Shown here piece by piece: positions 11,216 through 26,157 of a DNA stretch of 64,000 nucleotides. The position numbers and the translations under genes are program-made. Origin of the DNA: Azolla caroliniana (lineage: Eukaryota > Plantae > Polypodiophyta). The stretch spans positions 15,128,001 through 15,192,000 of the forward strand of contig JBHGNT010000001.1 in the NCBI GenBank assembly GCA_043228905.1, written 5' to 3'. How positions within the stretch are numbered: position 1 is the stretch's first letter; the number at the start of each line of letters is the position of its first letter. The notes beneath the pieces were generated by a model, which was not told the DNA's origin, made no database searches, and saw only the letters and a list, made by a program, of their open reading frames with translations.

Positions 11216-13421
11216 GCTTGGTTTCGAAGACAGAGTTCTACCAACTGGGGCTCGACTACGTCAACTACATTTATGTAGGCGAACCAGGCACATATGACGA
11301 AGCTATGGCCGCACAAGACGCTGACACATGGATGCACACCATTAGATCCGAAATGGACTTGATTCACAAGAATCAGACATGCGAGCTAGTTGAATTACTA
11401 GCTGGAAGAAATCCACGACCTTGCAAATGGGTTTTGCGAAACAAATATGTATCTGACTTAGAGAAACCCAAGTACAAAGCTCGGCTTTGCGCGAAAGGTT
11501 CAAACAAGAATATGGGGTCGACTACGACGAGATATTCTCACCAGTAGTCAAGATGATCACCCTAGGACTCCTACTAGGAGTTGTGGCAACAAAAGACCTA
11601 GAGCTAGAGCACCTAGATGTAAAGACGAAATTCATACACGAAGATCTGGAAGAAGACATTTACATGTCTCAACCGACAGGCTTCACGACGATGGGGGAGG
11701 AAAGTCACCTCGTATGTCGATAGAAGAAAAGCCTCTATGGCTTGAAACAAGTGTTGAGGATGTGGTACCAGAAGTTTGACTCCTACATCAGGGAATTTGG
11801 ATACCATCGATCTGACCGACCCATGCATGTATGTTCGACAACTGGCCGACGAGTCTAGGATTTACCTGATCCTATATGTCGACGACATGCTGATTGCAGG
11901 AAGCAATCAAGTAGAGATCGGAAACCTGAAGTGGAGCCTTCATGAGAAGTTTGTAATGAAGGAACTCATACAAGCCCACCTGATCCTATATGTCGACGAC
12001 ATGCTGATTGCAGGAAGCAATCAAGTAGAGATCGGAAACCTGAAGTGGAGCCTTCATGAGAAGTTTGTAATGAAGGAACTCATACAAGCCCATCACATAT
12101 TGGGCATGAGGATCCAGTGAAATCGGACAACCAAGACCCTCCTAGTCTGACTATATCCGGAAGGTGCTAAGGCGCTTCAACATGGAAATTCGAAACCGAC
12201 ACCAACAACGCGTCCTATGTCGATCCAACTATCAGACAGAGACTCTCCATCAATGGACAAGGAAAGAGAGCTAAATGGAAAGATGCCGAACACATTGGCC
12301 ATAGGAAGTGTCATGTAGGCAATGATGGCGACCAGACCCAACCTAGCATATGTCGTAGGAGTGGTTAACCGGTACACATCAAACCCACGACGGAAGCATT
12401 GGGAGATCACTTAAAATGTATCATACTCAAGCACATCTTCAGGTACCTGAGAGGGACCGAAGCTACACAACTGACTTTCAGTTTGACAACCTCAGTCGAA
12501 GTCGAAGGCTACACAGACTCCGATTATACCGGAAATATGGACAATCAAAAGTTAAGATCTGGCTATATCTTCACCTATGGCAGTGGTGCTATATCATGGA
12601 GGTCGAATCTTCAAGAGTGTACGACCATGTCAACCATGGAGGCTGACTACATAATACCATCAGCCGCAACAAAGGAAATGATCTGGCTGCACCGAGTGTT
12701 TGCTGACTTCTCACCTAGAGGAAGAATCAACCAATCAACGCCTACCATATATTGCAACTCACGGAGCACAATACACCTCATCAACAATCCTGTCTATCAC
12801 ACAAAGACAAAGCATATTGAGGTGCGGTATCATCACATTAGGGAGCTCAGAACCGAAAAGAGGCTCGAAGTTCGGAAGATCGACACCGAGGTGAACATCG
12901 CGGATTGCCTGATCAAGCCACTCCCAGATCAATGATTCGGAGCAGTAAGGACAAAGATGGGACCGCGACAAGCGACTAAGAAGAAGAAAGCCAAACGAGG
13001 AACATAAGGTAAGAGTCGACCGAATCAATCATGATAATGAGACAGGCTAGGCTCGAGACAAACCTCACCTTTGTTAACTGGGCTATATGCCGACCTATTA
13101 GTAACATAAATTTAGATTAGTATTGTAATCTAGGTTTACGGGGGAGATAACCACAAACACATGTACATGTAGGAAAGAGTAGTCCTTTTCGGGGGAGTTT
13201 GTTGGCATAAAAGGCCGACTTCTTCCACTTTGTATCCTAGTGTGAACTCGTCTAAAGAGTCAGGTCTTAGTATATAAGAGATACCCTAACATTGTAAAGT
13301 AAAACACTTGATCATCTTGTACATAAATAAAGATAGCTTCCATTAAAGCTTCATCCATGTGCCTATCATCTGTCTATATCTTTTTGCCTTCCTTCTATGT
13401 TGTTTGCTGAGCATAACCGAC
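11216..13421 (+). mobile_element. Ty1/copia RT-RNase H (decayed) with probable LTR (~13072-13421)
   Basis: KYKARL, DYDEIFSPV, LDVKT, LYVDDMLI, GYTDSDY, TKHIEVRYH. Perfect 114-bp tandem duplication of the YVDD segment at 11864-12091. Confidence 0.9.
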
Positions 13422-14031
13422 AGGTCCTCACATACGTTTCCGTGCATATCGGTCCCTCAGTATAGATATTGTACTTGGTGTTGCACCAATAAGTATACCT
13501 CCTCATCGTTTAAGTCGATCCAAAGAGGATGAGGTATATAAGCAATTCAAGGACTATTTACGAATCGGTTATATACGTTAGAGTAAATCTCCATTGGGTG
13601 CACTTGTTCTCTTGGTAAAAAAGAAAGAGGCCACATGGTGTATGTGTATTAATTACCGACGCTTGAATAAAGTGAGGATAAAAAATTCATATCCATTGCC
13701 CCATGCTAATGATCTAATTGACCATCGCTAGGGAGCTCGGTATTTTACGAAACTTGATATTCGAACGGGCTACCTTTAAATTCTTATAAGTGAGGAGATG
13801 TTCTTAAAACGACATTTCGTACACGCTATGGCCATAATGAGTTTTTGGTTGTGCCTTTCAATTTGGCCAATGCTCCATCCACATTTCAACAAGAAATGAA
13901 TGACATTTTCCGAAAACAACTTGGAAAATTTGTCGTTATTTTCTTGGATGATATTTTAATTTATAGCCGTACATTAGAATAACATGCTAAACATGTCTGC
14001 TTTGTTTTACGAACATAGCATGACAAAACAT

Positions 14032-14505
14032 TGTCGCATTATTACGTGCGTGCGTGTAGAAGGGGTGGGACCAAGGGGGTCTTGGACTAGGGAGAAAGGG
14101 GGTGCTGAGAACCCGACTCCGGACACGTCCTGGAGGCAACCGAACATGAGAGATAGATAGATAGATAGATAGATTATATTATCGTCTTCGAAGGTCAAAT
14201 ATGACCTATGAGACCAAAAAGATTACATTTCACGTGATACGTGTGAAAGTGAGTAGTGACTCTCGATGTTCAAGAACTTTACCAATGAATGTTGCAATAG
14301 AGAGTGCACATTGTGGTTGTGAGAGGAATTCATGCAAAGATTGGGCTCGATCGAAGAGATGTGGAAAGCATGGTCGAATATGATCAAAGGCAGAGCATTG
14401 TATCAAAGTGTGATACTCAGACTCGCAAACTTGTTTAAGGCAAAGTGTGCATCGCCGACCACTCTCATCACTTGTGCCCCAACGCCCTGTTTCACATCAC
14501 AATGC

Positions 14506-14549
<44 letters not shown>

Positions 14550-15009
14550 AGGGAGAGAGAGCATGCGCGCAACACCGACTCTTATGCACAGGAAACAAGG
14601 TTATGCCCCGACACCGCCAAACACACCAATAACCGCAGACAAGTACGAGTATATATATTGCATGAAGAAGATACAACCCTAACAGCTTAGCCGCCATGGC
14701 CGCGGCGCCCGACTTTTCAAGAAGGAGAAGAAGAAGAAAAATAGGAAGTTACTAACCCTAGAAACTCAAAACGACCCTCACGACTCAAAAATGGTATACC
14801 CTTACGACTCAAAAATGGGCAAACCCCTTCAAAAGGGGCCCCTCCCTTCCTTTTATAGCCCAAGGAGGGAGACACGTTACAATGTGGGACTAATACTCCC
14901 CCTTTTATTCTGTACACCATTTTCCTACTATACATGTGCACATGTTGCACACCACCGACTTGCCTTATTCCACCCCGGTTTAACACTGTAGCCGGAAATC
15001 TTCACGACA
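14032..15009. mobile_element. Solo LTR (same family as 10270-11021) with 4-bp TSD
   Basis: tgtcg...cgaca; TSD acat (14028-14031) / acgt (15010-15013). The empty site tgacaaaacgttttacg is present in the duplicated copy at ~24053. Confidence 0.9.
14150..14510 (-). mobile_element. RTE-like LINE 3' end (~350 bp) with (CTAT)n tail, inside the solo LTR
   Basis: Reverse complement of 43055-43410 and 63478-63830. Confidence 0.9.
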
Positions 15010-16489
15010 ACGTTTTACGGGAAGATCTCAAAATGTGAGTGCTTCATGAAATCAATTACTTACCTTGCACATCTCATAACCAAACAAGGAGTTGAAATTG
15101 ATCCTTCTCCCATTGGGAAAGTAAAACTTTGGACCACTCTTCGGAATATTCAAGATTATCAATCATTCCTTGGTTTTGTCTTGTTTTCGTGTCTTCGTAA
15201 TTACTCCCAATTGATGACACTGTTTACTGATCTTCTCAAAGGTCAAACATGTAATTCTACAAAACCAATTGTGTGGAATGCTACACTAGAACTCGCCTTC
15301 AAGGAACTCAAGGACCTAGTGTGCAAGGCTCCTTCGTTTCCATTACCAAATCCTTCAAAACCTTTTCAGGTTGAAACCAGCCAGTGATTATGCTCTACGT
15401 GTCGTCCTATATGAAGATGGTAAACCTATAGCATTTGAGAGTAAGAAACTTGATTATGCTCAATGTCGGTATACCATGCCAGAAAAGGAATTATTTGCAG
15501 TTATTCATGCACTCAAGACATGGTGCCATTATCTTTATGGAAATCGTTTTGTGGTAACTATGGACCACGAGTCCTTGAAATTTTTGTGACCTCATCCAGA
15601 ACTTTGATTTTTCCATATGATTTCATAAAGCTTCCATGAACACTGTCGCTGATGCACTGAGTGCATTTATGAGATTTATGATCACATTTGAGGAAAGTAT
15701 CTTGATGACAGTTATTTTGCGAAATACTGGGCAAGAGTTGTGTCTGGAGTACCTCCACATTGCTAACGGTTTGCTCTATCGTAATGGGGAGGTTTGTGTT
15801 CCAAATTTCCTTGAGGTCAAAAAGAGAATTCTTGTTGAATGCCATGATGCACCCTCAACAGGGCACCCTGGAATACATTGTACACTCGTTCTCATCTCCA
15901 CACAATTCTATTGTCCTAAGATGTGTCTTGACATACATAGCTATGTGACGAAATGTTAGCAGTGTCATGTGAACAAAGTCGAGCGACATAAAGCCGTTAG
16001 ACTTTTACATCCCTTGGACATTACCAATAATAAGTGGGAAAGTATATCCATGGATTTTTTTGTTAGCCTTCCCCGCACCCAAAAAGGCCATGATGCCATC
16101 TGGGTTGTGGTTGATCTACTAGCTAAAATAGCCAAATTTATTGTGACTAAAACCATAGTAACAACTCCTCAATTGGCTTACCAATTCGTTCACGAGTTAT
16201 TTTGTTTTTATGGGTTACCGATGGATATCATGAGTGATCAAGATCCAAAGTTTAGTAGCGATTTTTGGACGCAAGTCTTCAAGAAGTTAGAAACTACATT
16301 CAGCATGAGTGAAGTTGACCCACCACAAGAACGGAGTCTCGACGTGGTCAGGAAATGATGAAATGAGGGTATTTAGGCTCATATTTATACCTAGAGCCAA
16401 GGCCCCCAGGCAAGTTCACACTTGACCTAATGGGTTGTCTTAATCCCGAGGATTAAAAGTAATCCTCCCCTTCTTTACACTCTCGTCTT

Positions 16490-19400
16490 ATTGCTCCGCC
16501 AAAACCGAGTCTTGAATACTTCAGTTGGAATGAAAACACAGAAATGGGAAATGGAGAGTACAAACGGAAATACATAGGATGTTTAGCTGGAAAACCCTGA
16601 ATGGGAAAAACCAATGGAGCCCACAGAATCCAACTATCACTATGAAGAAAAGAGGGTACAATTAGAGACTCGGAGGCAACGAACTCGAGCTCTGTTTCTT
16701 TGCCAACCGGCGGTTACAACGGAGTATTTCTCCATATCACACACACACACACACACTCTCTCGATCTCTGTGTACAACAATTATGCACATACAACAATAT
16801 GACAACACTATTTACATCTAATTGCCTTAAGTCATATTTATACTTATATGAACTTAGGGTTATTTACAAATATAGCCTGAATAGGCTTACATAAAAAAAC
16901 ATATTTACACATATGTCTTCTCATCCGGTTCTTACAGGGTCCATCCGATCCGGTTTCCGGATCTCTTTCGGTTCTCACCAGGTCTCTTCTAGTTCTCACC
17001 GGGTCCTCTTTGTTCATCACCGGATTCCATCCGGAGGGACCGATTTCCCAACAATCTCCCTCTTCACTCCGGCATGGGATGTCTTGTTAGCCCGATCCAC
17101 TTTCGGCATGCATCCAGCTTGTCAGTTGTCAAGACCTTGGTCAGCATGTCCGACCCATTGTCGTGAAGATTTTCGGCAATTGTGTGAAAATTGGGAGGAA
17201 TGTCCAAAATCGAGTGTGGTTCTTCACACAAGACATGAAACAATGATAGTGAAGATAATATTTTAGATTGTCTTAATATCTTGGTACAAAAATATGGAGG
17301 TCTTGAATAGCTTTTAAATGCACTTTGCTACATAACAAACGGATATCTAAGTGTCATGTTATGTGGGTATGAAGTTTGCAAAGAAAAAGAGAAAAATAAA
17401 AAATTGTGAGATATCCCACATAAACAGGACAAATAAGGATCTTACCATATAAGCCAGAGCAAAAGCTATTATCTTTGTGTCTATTTGTGGAGAGGATGAG
17501 TTGAATGACTTAATGAATGGATGTAGCCAAGATCATCAGTTTTAGATGGCGATGGAGCCGGCGACCTCGGGATGCGTCAACCGGTGACCGAATTGGCAAC
17601 CGGCGACCGACTAGTGTCGGCAAACCTGGTTACTGGCATCCGGTGACCTCAGAATGCGGACCGAACCGGGCTAGACTGAACGGATGCAAATCAGATGGAT
17701 CGATCGGGTCGGTTGATCACGGTGCATGGTGTTTTAAAGATATTTGGTCCAAAAGCCTAATAATATTTTGTGCTTTAAAAGGGATGTAAGCAAGACTTGA
17801 ACCTTACACCTCCAAGATAGAAAGCAATATACATATCACTAAGCCAAGTCATTTTCTTAAACTTATATTTTTATCATTATAGTTTTACTTGGAAATTCTC
17901 ATATGAGAGCTTAAATGAGTGACATGGTTACATGTATCACATGTAATGCATGAGCGCCAAATGGCAAACATGCATCATGCATTTTATGCATGTCTTGTAC
18001 CCCACATGCATTATATGCATGGGGGCATCTATAAAAGAGTGGATGAAAAAAGAAAAAAGAGGAGCGATGTATTAATCAGGAAATTAAGAAGAAGAAAATT
18101 CGTTATTCCATTTTTGTGATGTATTAATCTTGTCTCTCAATCTAAAGTCAAGCCTTCTATCTTATCTCAAGTTCTCTCTCTCTTTCAATCTATCTTAAAT
18201 ACTTTCTCGCTAAATCTTGTGCAAACTTTGAATCCTTCCGATCCAGAACCCTGACGGTTCCGCCTCACGATCCACACATAGTGACGGATCTTCACCACAC
18301 CATTCTCCTCCGTGTGGATCTTCATCAGCACGAACTCTTGATCTTCTACTCTCTCCCGGATCTAGTGGTACCTCCACTGGATATGTTTCGTTCGAGAATG
18401 GTAGGACGCATTCTTTGCAAGGTGGATGGCACTTTGACTGTCCCAGTAGAGCCGGTATTCCTCCTGTTGGATTCCTAGCTCTCCGATGAAGTCGTTCATC
18501 CACATTATCTCCTTGCTGACTTCTACAACTGCCATGTACTCCGCCTCCGTGGTTGACAACGCAACCGTCTTCTACAACCTTGATTGCCACGAAACAATTT
18601 CCCTTGCTTAAGTCATGACATATCCGGATGTAGACCGACTGGTATCCACATCAGCCAACATATCCGAATCCATGAATCCATCAAGTTGGGGATTACCGTA
18701 GACGAATCAGAGGCACATACTCGAGGTGCCTTTCAAATACCGGAGTATCCACTTGACCACGTTCCAGTGCTCTCTTCCGGGATTGCTCATGAACCGGCTC
18801 ACCACTCCGACTGCATATCCGATATCCAGACAGGTAAATATCATCGTGTACATCAAGATCCCTACGGCATAGGCATATGGTATGTTCATCATATTCATCT
18901 TCTCCGCCTTTGTCCTCGGGCTTTGTTTTCCGGATAGCTTGCATTTTGCCGGAAGTGTCGATCCGACCGGTTTCGCCTCCGACATGTTGAACCGTTGAAG
19001 CACCTTTGTCACATACTTCTCCTATGACAACCACAACAACTTCTTCAACTAGTCCCAAGTGATGTGCATTCCCAATATCTGTCTTGTTAGCCCTAAGTCT
19101 TTCATTGAGAAGGTCCGGTTCAAAGCCTTCTTCAGCATCCGAATCTTGCCTTGGTCTCGTCTGACGATCAACATATCATCCACATATAGGAGTATCAGGA
19201 AATCTCCTCCGTCAAATTTCTTCACAAACATGCAGTGATCAACTTGCGTTTTGTGGTACCCTTGGTCGGTCATGAAGGAGTCGAACTTCCGGTACCATTG
19301 TCGGGGATCTTTCTTTAGTCTGTATAGGCTCTTCTTCAGCCGGCACACCAAGTGCTCCTTCCCTTTCTTTAAAATCCTTTCGGTTGATGCATGTAAATCT

Positions 19401-22400
19401 CTTCTTCGAGGTCACCATGGAGGAATGCCTTCTTCACGACCAATGGCTCTACCTCGAGGTCCATGCTTGCTGCTATGCCCAATACCGGCGGGATGGATGT
19501 CATCTTTACCATCGGGGAAAAGATCTCATCGAAGTCAACTCCTTTCTTCTGTTGGAAGCCCTTCACCACGATTCGGGTCGTATACCTTGGTGGATTTCCG
19601 GCATCTCCCGGTTTCAGTTTGTACACCCACTTGTTCCGGAGTGCTCTTTTTCCTTCCGGCAACTCCGTTAGTTCATATGTGTGGTTCTCATGCAGGGAAT
19701 CCATCTCGTCCCGCACAACACTCAACCAATTGCGGCTGTGGGTGTCTCTCTTTGCTCTTCGAAGCTTTTCGGCTCCCCCTCATCGGTTAGCAACACATGC
19801 TCTTCATCCGGAAATCTCCAGGGGGCTCTTCTCTCTCGAAGAGGATATCTCCGTCCTTGGCTTCTAACTACCAATTCCTTCGTTTGTTCCTCATCCTCAT
19901 CCGATTCAGGATCTTGTCCGGTTCCGGTGTCTTCTTCTTCTTCTTCTTCGATTGGTTCGGTTTCCTGTCCGTATCCGACTAGTTCGTCGAGTGTCATATG
20001 GTTACGGGCCAACATCCGGTTTTCAACCGGGTTGGTCCTTATGTCCTCAGGCCGGTTTTCATTGGATGATCTGGAGTTCATCACATTCTTCTCCGACTCC
20101 CAGTCGGCAATGGTCCTGTTTTCTATGAAGACTATGTCTCGACTCCGGAACACCTTCTTGTCGACCAGATCCCACGCCCGGTAACCGAACTCATCATCGT
20201 CCTTTCCAAGGAATATGCATGGCTTGGACTTCGGATCCAACTTTGCTCTCTTGTCCTTTGCAACATGCACAAATGCGAGACACCCGAACACCTTCAGATG
20301 CCTGTAAGATACATCTTTATCGGTCTATACTTTCTAAGGCGAGTCTCCTTCAAAGGGTGCTGAGGGTGATCTATTTATCAGATAGGTCACCATCGTCAAT
20401 GCCTCAGCCCAAAACATCTTGGGTAACTTTGCATGTGTTAGCATGCTCCAGAATCTCTCCATTATGGTCCGGTTCATCCTTTCGGCCAGCCCGTTTAGTT
20501 CTGGCGTCTTCGGCACGGTGAATTCGAGTTGTATTCCCTTCGACTGAAATTACTCCTCGAACTTACCCCAGTAATCTCCTCCGTTATTTGCTCGAACCGC
20601 CTTCAGCTTCCGGTTGGTTTCTCTTTCAACTCTCGCGTGGAGCTCCTTGAAGATGGATAACACCTGATCCTTCCTCTTCAATGGTAAGACCCACAATTTC
20701 CGGCTATGGTCATCTATGAACGTCACGAAGTACTGCGCTCCGGCATGTGACTTTGTGTCCACTTGACACACATCGGTGGCCTTGACTGGAAGGAGGTTCT
20801 GTTTTGCTTGCCGACCAAGCAATTAGTGCACTTCTCAAGTTGCACTTCCTTTACTGGAATGAGGTTGTCTGCGGCAAGCCTCTTCAACCCCTTCTCACTG
20901 ATGTGATACAGTCTTTTGGTGCATCTCACCGGGAGTGTCAGATTCTACGTTCACTTCTTCCCAGCATTTCCGGGCATGCATCAAGTACAATGTGTTGACC
21001 TTCCAAGCTCGAGCCACTATTAGGCTCCCTTTGCTAAACTTCATCACTTCGTTCCGGATGCTACCTTTGTAGCCTTCATCATCGAGCTGATCGGCTGATA
21101 TCAAGTTCAGTTGAACCTCCGAAACGTGTCAGACATCCTTCAGCAGCAATTTGCATCAAGTCGATGTTGTCAACAACACATCTCCTAGACCAATAATTCG
21201 GCACGTACCTTCGTTGCCCATCCGGACACAACCATGATCATCGGCTTTGTAGGATGAGAATCATTTCCAATCCGGTGTCAGGTGGAACGACGCTCTGGAA
21301 TCAACAACCCACGTTTAACTCATTCTCTTTGGTTATGAGCATCAATTCTTCTTCACTTGTCGCGATTGCCGACATTCCCTTCCGATCCGGGCCTCTCCGG
21401 TCTGAACCGTTTCGGTCCGAACTCTTATTCGAATCGGTAGTGTGAGTTTCTTTCTCCTTCCGGAAATGACGACAGTTCTTCTAGAAGTGTCCTGGCTTCC
21501 CGCAATAGAAGCATGTGGGCCTGCCCCTTGACTTCGACCTCGTCCCTGATTTATTCCAGTTTTGGGGACTCCGATACCGGCCTCTTCACCGGTTGTGGTC
21601 ATCTTCTGTGACCAAGGCCTTCAGATCAGTTCCGGAATCCCGGTCCTTTCGGCGAGCTTCTTCATCTAGGAAGCTTGATTTTACCCTTGCTAGGGACAAC
21701 TGTTTTCCTTCCGGCCCGACATTGCCCAACGTGACAACTAACGTCTCCCAGGTATCCGAGAGGGAACCTAGCAGGAGCAATGCAAGTACCTCATCGACGA
21801 GAGGTACCTCCAACGAGGTTGCCTGGTGGATCAGTCCTTGGAAGGCATTCATGTGCTCCACCATACTGGAGCCGTCCTGGTACCGGAGTCTCACCAGCTT
21901 TCGGAATACCGAAACCCAATTAATAGCATTCTTGTTCTGGAACATGATGCCGATCTTCTCCTAGAGTTCATGAGCCATGCTCTCTTCATTGAAATTGTTG
22001 AAAAGGCTCATGTCGATGAAGCACCGGATGTATGCCGTCGTCTTCATGTGCATCACCTCCCATACTATGGTGTCGATCTTATCCGGTCTCTTGTCCCCGA
22101 GCTGAACTGGCAACTAAATATCTTTAACAACCAGCATGTCCCTCATCTTCGACTTCCACACTGAGTAGTTGGAGCTTATGAGCTTAAACATGCCGCCAAA
22201 CGATTCTTCCATTTCCTGTGTTGTTCACTCTGATACCAATTTGTGAAGAATAGCGCGAAATATTGTTCGGCCACAACCGAGTCTTGAACACTTCACTTGG
22301 AATGAAAACACGGAAATGGGAAATAGAGAGTACAAATGGAAATACATAGGATGTTTACGTCGAAAACCCTGAATGGGAAAAACCACAGGAGCCTATAGAC

Positions 22401-22577
22401 TCCAACTATCACTATGAAGAAAATAAGGTACAATCAGAGACTCGGAGGCGACGACCTCGAGCTCTATTTCTTCGCCAACCGACGGTTACAACATAGTATT
22501 TCTCTATATCTCACACACACACTCTCTCTCTCTTGCTCTCGCTCTCAGTGTACAACAATTGTGCACATACAACAATA
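16490..22577 (-). mobile_element. Ty1/copia (Tnt1/Tork-like), decayed: 3' LTR ~16490-17052, internal 17053-22241, truncated 5' LTR 22242-22577
   Basis: PPT at 17053; iMet PBS TGGTATCAGAG (~22228-22238). gag, zinc knuckle, INT (FIDDHSR, TPELNGLAER), RT (KTAFLHGDLEEEIYM-like, YVDD) and RNase H (STTEAEY, TKHI). Confidence 0.93.
17159..18299. mobile_element. Solo LTR (1141 bp) inserted in copia RNase H, 4-bp TSD
   Basis: tgtcgtgaag...cttcaccaca; TSD ccat at 17155-17158 and 18300-18303. The uninterrupted homologous site gacccgttctc is at ~48163. Confidence 0.88.
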
Positions 22578-25500
22578 TGGTAGTGCTATATCATGGAGGT
22601 CAAATCTTCAAGAGTGTACGGCCTTGTAAACCACGGAGGCTGAGTACATAGTAGCATCAGACGCAACAAAGGAAACGATCTAGCTGCACTGAGTGTTTGC
22701 CGACTTCTCAGCTAGAGGACGAATCGACCGATCAATGCCTACCATCTATTGCAACTCACGGAACGCAATACACCTCATCAACAATCTTGTCTATCATGCA
22801 AAGAAAAGAATATTGAGGTGCGATATCATCACATTAGGGAGCTCATAACTGAGAAGAGGCTCGAAGTCCGGAATATCGACACTGAGGTGAACATCCCGGA
22901 TTGCCTGATGAAGCCACTCCCATATCAATGCTTCGGAGCACTAAGGACAAAGATGGGACCGCGACAAGCGACCAAGCAGAAGAAAGTCAAACAAGGAACA
23001 TAAGGTAAGAGTCGACCGAATCAATCATGATAATGAGACAAGCTACGCTCGAGGCAGACCTCACCTTTGTCGATTGGGCTATATGCCGACCTATTTGTAA
23101 CATAAATTTAGATTAGTATTGTAATCTAGGTTTACGGGGGAGATAACCCCAAACACATGTACAGTGGAAAGAGTAGTCCTTTTCGGGGGAGTTTGTTGGC
23201 ATAAAAGACCGACTGCTTCCACTTTGTATCCTAGTGTGAACTCGTCTAAAGAGTCAGGTCTTAGTATATTTAAGAGATACCCTAACATTGTAAAGAAAAA
23301 CAGTTGATCATCTTGTACATCGAGTCTGTGTGAGAGAGAGAGGAAACATAAATAAAGATAACTTCCATTAAAGCTTCATCCATGTGCCTATCATCTGTCT
23401 ATATCTTTTTGCCTTCCTTCTATGTTGTTTGTTGAGCATAACCGACAGGTCCTCACATACGTTTCTATGCATATTTTTCGCTCACTATAGATATTGTACC
23501 TGGTGTTGCACCAATAAGTATACCTCCTTATCGCTTAAGTCGATCCAAAGAGGATGAGGTATATAAGCAAAATCAAGGACTATTTACAAATGGGTTATAT
23601 AGTTATAGTAAATCTCCATTTGGTGCACCTGCTCTCTTGGTAAAAAAAGAAAGAGGACACATGGCGTATGTGTATTAATTACCAATGCGTGAATAAAGTG
23701 ATTAATTAATTACCGATTCATATCCATTGCCCCGGGCTGATGATCTAATTGACCGTCGCTAGGGAGCTCGGTATTTTACGAAACTTGATCTTCGTACGGG
23801 ATACCGTCAAATTTGTATAAGTGAGGAAGATGTTCTTAACATGACATTTCTTACACGCTATGGCCATAATGAGTTTTTGGTTATGCCTTTGAGTTGGCCC
23901 AATTCTCCAACCACATTTCAACAAGAAATGAATGACATTTTCCGAAAACAACTTGGAAAATTTGTCGTTATTTTCTTGGATGATATTCTAATTTATAGCC
24001 GTACATTAGAATAACATGCTAAACATGTCTGCTTTGTTTTACAAACATAGCGTGACAAAACGTTTTACGCGAAGATCTTAAAATGTGAGTGCTTCATGAA
24101 ATCAATTACTTACCTTGCACATCTCATAACCAAACGGGGAGTTGAAATTGATCCTTCTCGCATCGGGAAAGTAAAACTTTGGACTACTCTTCAGAATATT
24201 CAAGATGTTCGATCATTCCTTGGTTTTGTCGTGTTTTTGAGAAAATCTCTTCGTAATTACTCCTAATTGATGACACTGTTTCCTAATCTTCTCAAAGGTC
24301 AAACCCATAAGTATACAAAACAAATTGTGTGGAATGCTACACTAGAACTTGCCTTTAAGGAACTCAAGGACCTGGTGTGCAAGGCTCCTTCTCTTCTTTT
24401 ACCAGATCCTTCAAAACCTTTTCAGGTTGAAACCAACAAGTGATTATGCTATACGTGTCGTCCTATATCAAGATGGTAAACCAATAGCATTTGAGAGTAA
24501 GGAACTCGATTCTGCTCAATGTCGGTATACCATGCTAGAAAAGGAATTATTTGCAGTTATTCATGCACTCAAGAGATGGCGCCATTATCTTTATGGAAAT
24601 CGTTTTGTGGTAACTATGAACCACAAGTCCTTGAAATATTTTTGTGACCTCATCCAAAACTTTGATTTTTCCATACGATATCATAAAGCTTCCATGAACA
24701 CTGTTGTTGATGCATTCAGCGCATCTGTGAAGTTAACATGCTTAGCTTCACTAAAATAACATTAGATCTTTATGATCACCATTGAGGAAAGTATCTTGGT
24801 GATAATTATTTTGCGAAATACTAGGCAAGAGTTGTGTCTGGGTCAGACAGCACCATATCCTTGAAGGAGTACCTCCACATTGCTAACGATCTGCTCTACC
24901 GTAATGGGGACGTTTGTGTTCCAAATTTCCCTGATGTCAAAAAGAGAAATATTTTTTACTACCATGATGCGCCCTCAACAGGGCACCCTGGAATACATTG
25001 TACACTCGTTCTCATCTCCACGCAATTCTATTGGCCTAAGATGCGTCTTGACATACATAGCTATGTGACTAAATGTCACCAGTGTCCGGTTAACAAAGTC
25101 GAGCGAAATAAAACCGTTAGACTTTTACAACCCTTGGAAATTACCAATAATAAGTGGGAAAGTATATCCATGGATTTTATTGTTAGTCTTCCTCGCACCC
25201 AAAAAGGCCATGATGCCATTTGGGTTGTGGTTGATCGACTAGCTAGCTAAAATGGCCAGATTTATTGTTACTAAAACCACAGTAACAGCTCCTAAATTGG
25301 CTTACCAATTCATTGACGAGTTATTTTGTTTTTATGGGTTACCAATGGATATCGTGAGTGATCGAGATCCAAAGTTTACTAGCGACTTTTGGACACAAGT
25401 CTTTAAGAAGTTAGAAACTACATTGAGCATGAGTGGAGTTGACCCACCACAAGAACGGAGTCTCGACATAGTCAGGCGATGATGAAATGAGGGTAGTTAG

Positions 25501-25613
25501 GCTCATATTTATACCTAGAGCCAAGGCCCCCCAGGCATGCTCACACTTGACCTAATGGGTTGTCTTAATCCCGAGGATTAAAAGTAATCCTCCCCTTCTT
25601 TACACTCTTGTTT
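22578..25613 (+). repeat. Second copy of segment ~12577-16490 (copia RNase H/LTR, gypsy pol, gypsy LTR piece), lacking the 14032 solo LTR
   Basis: Collinear, visibly diverged homology throughout. Confidence 0.93.
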
Positions 25614-26157
25614 TGTGAAGAATAGCGCGGAATATTGCTCGGCCACAACCGAGTCTTGAACACTTCACTTGGAATGAAAACACAGAAATGGGAAATGGAG
25701 AGTACAAACGGAAATACACAGGATGTTTACGTGGAAAACCACGGGAGCCCACAGACTCCAACTAGCACTATGAAGAAAAGAGGGTACAATCAGAGACTCG
25801 GAGGCAATGACCTCGAGCTTTGTTTATTCGCCAACCGGCGATTATAACAGAGTATTTCTCTGTATCTCACACACACTCTCTCTGGCTCGCTCTCTATGTA
25901 CAACAATTATGCACATACAACAATATGACAACACTATTTACATCTGATTTCCCTAAGTCATATTTATACTTATAAGAACTTAGGGATATTTACAAATATA
26001 GCCTCAATAGGCATACTCAAAATACATATTTACACATATTTCTTCTCATCTGGTTCTTACCGGGTGCATCTGATTCGGTTTCCGGATCTCTTCCGGTTCT
26101 CACCGGGTTCTCTTTATTAATCACCGGATCCCATCCAAAGGGACCAATTTCCCAACA
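25614..26157 (-). mobile_element. Solo LTR of the copia at 16490-22577, 5-bp TSD
   Basis: tgtgaag...cccaaca; TSD tgttt at 25609-25613 and 26158-26162. The empty site (ctctttgtttaaccctc) is seen in the related gypsy LTR at ~60815. Confidence 0.9.

Larger units (their letters stand above)
13425..16320 (+). pseudogene. Ty3/gypsy (Tf2/chromovirus-like) RT-RNase H-integrase, decayed, copy A
   Basis: [57 protein letters not shown]. Confidence 0.9.
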
